From the NCBI GenBank assembly GCA_018401695.1, contig JAGYKD010000001.1:1116016-1180015 (forward strand): a DNA stretch of 64,000 bases. The letters are read 5' to 3'. The DNA comes from Flavobacteriales bacterium. Its GTDB lineage: Bacteria > Bacteroidota > Bacteroidia > CAIKAF01. The notes beneath the pieces are model-generated. The model ran no database searches. It was not told the origin of the DNA and saw only the letters and a list, made by a program, of their open reading frames with translations. This document shows positions 62,365 to 64,000 of this stretch, piece after piece. Positions within the stretch are counted from its first letter, which is position 1; every line of letters starts with the position of its first letter. Position numbers and translations under genes: made by a program.

Positions 62365-62660
62365 GCTTTTTGCGTTTAGGGTTGAGCTTTGGCAAAAATA
62401 GGGAATATTAGACGCCCGACTTAGCTAAATTTCAGGAAAATAATGGGGCTTTTTATTTCTTTTAATATATAAAACTTTGGTTCTTTATTTTCATTAGAAT
62501 GGAGAAAATCAACGTGTTAAACTTTGCAAAACCTTACATATTTAAATTTATGTGCATTTTAACAAAACGTGAATAAATCTTACTTTTGTTGATTATGTAT
62601 TTGCCTTGCTCACGCATACCATCCGCAAATTAGGCCAAAGGCAGGCCAAACAATACGCTT

Positions 62661-63404
62661 ATGTCCACACACATTATACCCGCCTCCGAAGGTTTAGATA
62701 TTCGTCAACCCGAATCTGTTCAATGGGCCTTTTTGCAAAAGCAAGAAGCTGCCTGGCAGGCCTTATATAGTAAAGAAAAAGAGGGTGGGAGTGCCCGCGC
62801 TTGGCTTCGAAAAGTGGGGCAAGTGTTTGCGGGTCAGCGCTTTCAAATGCTTACGGACCAACATGCGGCAGATTTGGACAGGTATTTGATTACCCACCGC
62901 AAATCGTACCGCAAATTGGCCGAAGAAAATGTAGAATTGTTGGCCCAAGACAAATTGAAGCTCAAGGTTACGGCGCGTCGACGAGGGTGGCTGGGCGGCC
63001 ACGCTACCGCATTTTCCGGCAGGGTTAGGCCCAAAGGACAAAGCGAACTTTTTGCTCATGCCTCCGCCAGCTCCTTGGGCATCCATGACGACCTGTGCTT
63101 TCCTACTGCATTTGAGGGCAATATCGACCACTGGGGCAATATGAAAATGGCAGTAACCGCTTTTGGATGTGGCCCTTACAGAACTTTGCCCAAATCTTAC
63201 AAGGCCGTAATTCATGCCGACGGTCGTATTGATGCCAACATTCATCAGACCCAATGGTTGGGCGGAGCTTTTGGAGCATTGTTTGTAGACCGTATGGGCG
63301 GTAAACATTTTTCGCCTGCCGGTAAGCGTGCCCTTACCTTTCAGAAAAACCTGAATGCACTCCACGAAATGATGACCGATGTCAGGTCAGAACTAAAGCG
63401 TTAA
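62661..63404 (+). CDS. Hypothetical protein
   Basis: 247-aa ORF after an AT-rich intergenic region; no motif recognised. Confidence 0.65.
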   Translation: MSTHIIPASEGLDIRQPESVQWAFLQKQEAAWQALYSKEKEGGSARAWLRKVGQVFAGQRFQMLTDQHAADLDRYLITHRKSYRKLAEENVELLAQDKLKLKVTARRRGWLGGHATAFSGRVRPKGQSELFAHASASSLGIHDDLCFPTAFEGNIDHWGNMKMAVTAFGCGPYRTLPKSYKAVIHADGRIDANIHQTQWLGGAFGALFVDRMGGKHFSPAGKRALTFQKNLNALHEMMTDVRSELKR

Positions 63405-63526
63405 TTTTCCTTTATTCTTACTAAGGCTGCCCTAACGCCGCTTGGCCGTTTATCTTCAAATGCGCAACTTTGAAGCGTCTATGAAAAAAACCAATAAAGA
63501 CGCAGATTTTGCTACGATTAAATGGT

Positions 63527-63985
63527 ATGGAGTTGCTTGTTCTTTCCTCATTGACCCTAATCGGTCGTTCCTTTCCCTCTAAGGGACACCACCTGGCCAA
63601 TCGCAGTTTTAGAACCGACGATTTGCCCCAAGACCTTTTTCAGGAGTTGGTGCAGTTTGCCCTTCCGGCATGCCCTTATAGGGTTATTTACCGCATTCAT
63701 AGCATTTTTCCAAACGAAGCCAAGCCACCTGAAAAGGCTTCGCTTTACTTTTTAGGCTGCCCAGAATGCCATGGGGCAGAACCGCCCACACCTTTTGAAC
63801 AATTCGTTATTCCTGCCGGAACCTATGGCCGCCAGGGAATCTTACCCGGGCTATCTTACAACAATCCGGAATTACCCGAGGGCTATCACACAAATGAGCA
63901 CTTATCCTTTGAGCGTCTGCAAATGGACGAAAACTTCAACCGCATTCAGGACATCGACTTTTTTTGTGCCTTGCAGGAAAATTAA
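63527..63985 (+). CDS. Hypothetical protein, possibly GyrI-like effector-binding
   Basis: LTLIG N-terminus, F.IPAGTY, FER near the C-terminus; start uncertain (63509 or 63527). Confidence 0.45.
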   Translation: MELLVLSSLTLIGRSFPSKGHHLANRSFRTDDLPQDLFQELVQFALPACPYRVIYRIHSIFPNEAKPPEKASLYFLGCPECHGAEPPTPFEQFVIPAGTYGRQGILPGLSYNNPELPEGYHTNEHLSFERLQMDENFNRIQDIDFFCALQEN

Positions 63986-64000
63986 AAGCAACAGCAACAG

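Overview
Chromosomal window of a Bacteroidota bacterium, probably Flavobacteriales. This is inferred from TAnnTTTG -7 promoters, T9SS C-terminal domains, a HmuY-type lipoprotein and the DUF4270-GT5-panC and acpP-fabF-rnc gene orders. Most of it is housekeeping: sod, glmS, panCD, radA, sdhCAB, rnc, fabF, acpP, rpoN, aspS, pepP, prfB (programmed +1 frameshift), rmlA, rmuC and tRNA-Asn. The accessory features are more unusual. (1) Two families of dispersed rod-shaped palindromic elements (4 copies of 141-144 bp, 4 copies of 165-168 bp) keep their length, loops and base pairing while arm sequences change. One copy supplies a gene's stop codon and two bracket a CatA-like gene. (2) A four-helix-bundle gene is embedded exactly in phase in heptamer tandem arrays. 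(3) An AT-rich patch holds an HpaII-like pseudogene and attC-like sites. (4) A 1.8-kb integrase-less island at tRNA-Asn resembles a phage-satellite relic and has an internal 206-bp inversion. (5) Two secreted proteins carry ALK/LTK-like glycine-rich domains. (6) An operon encodes a T9SS-secreted and a lipoprotein HmuY-like protein flanking a TonB receptor. (7) A REP-type array lies upstream of prfB. All calls come from reading the sequence; no searches or folding programs were run.
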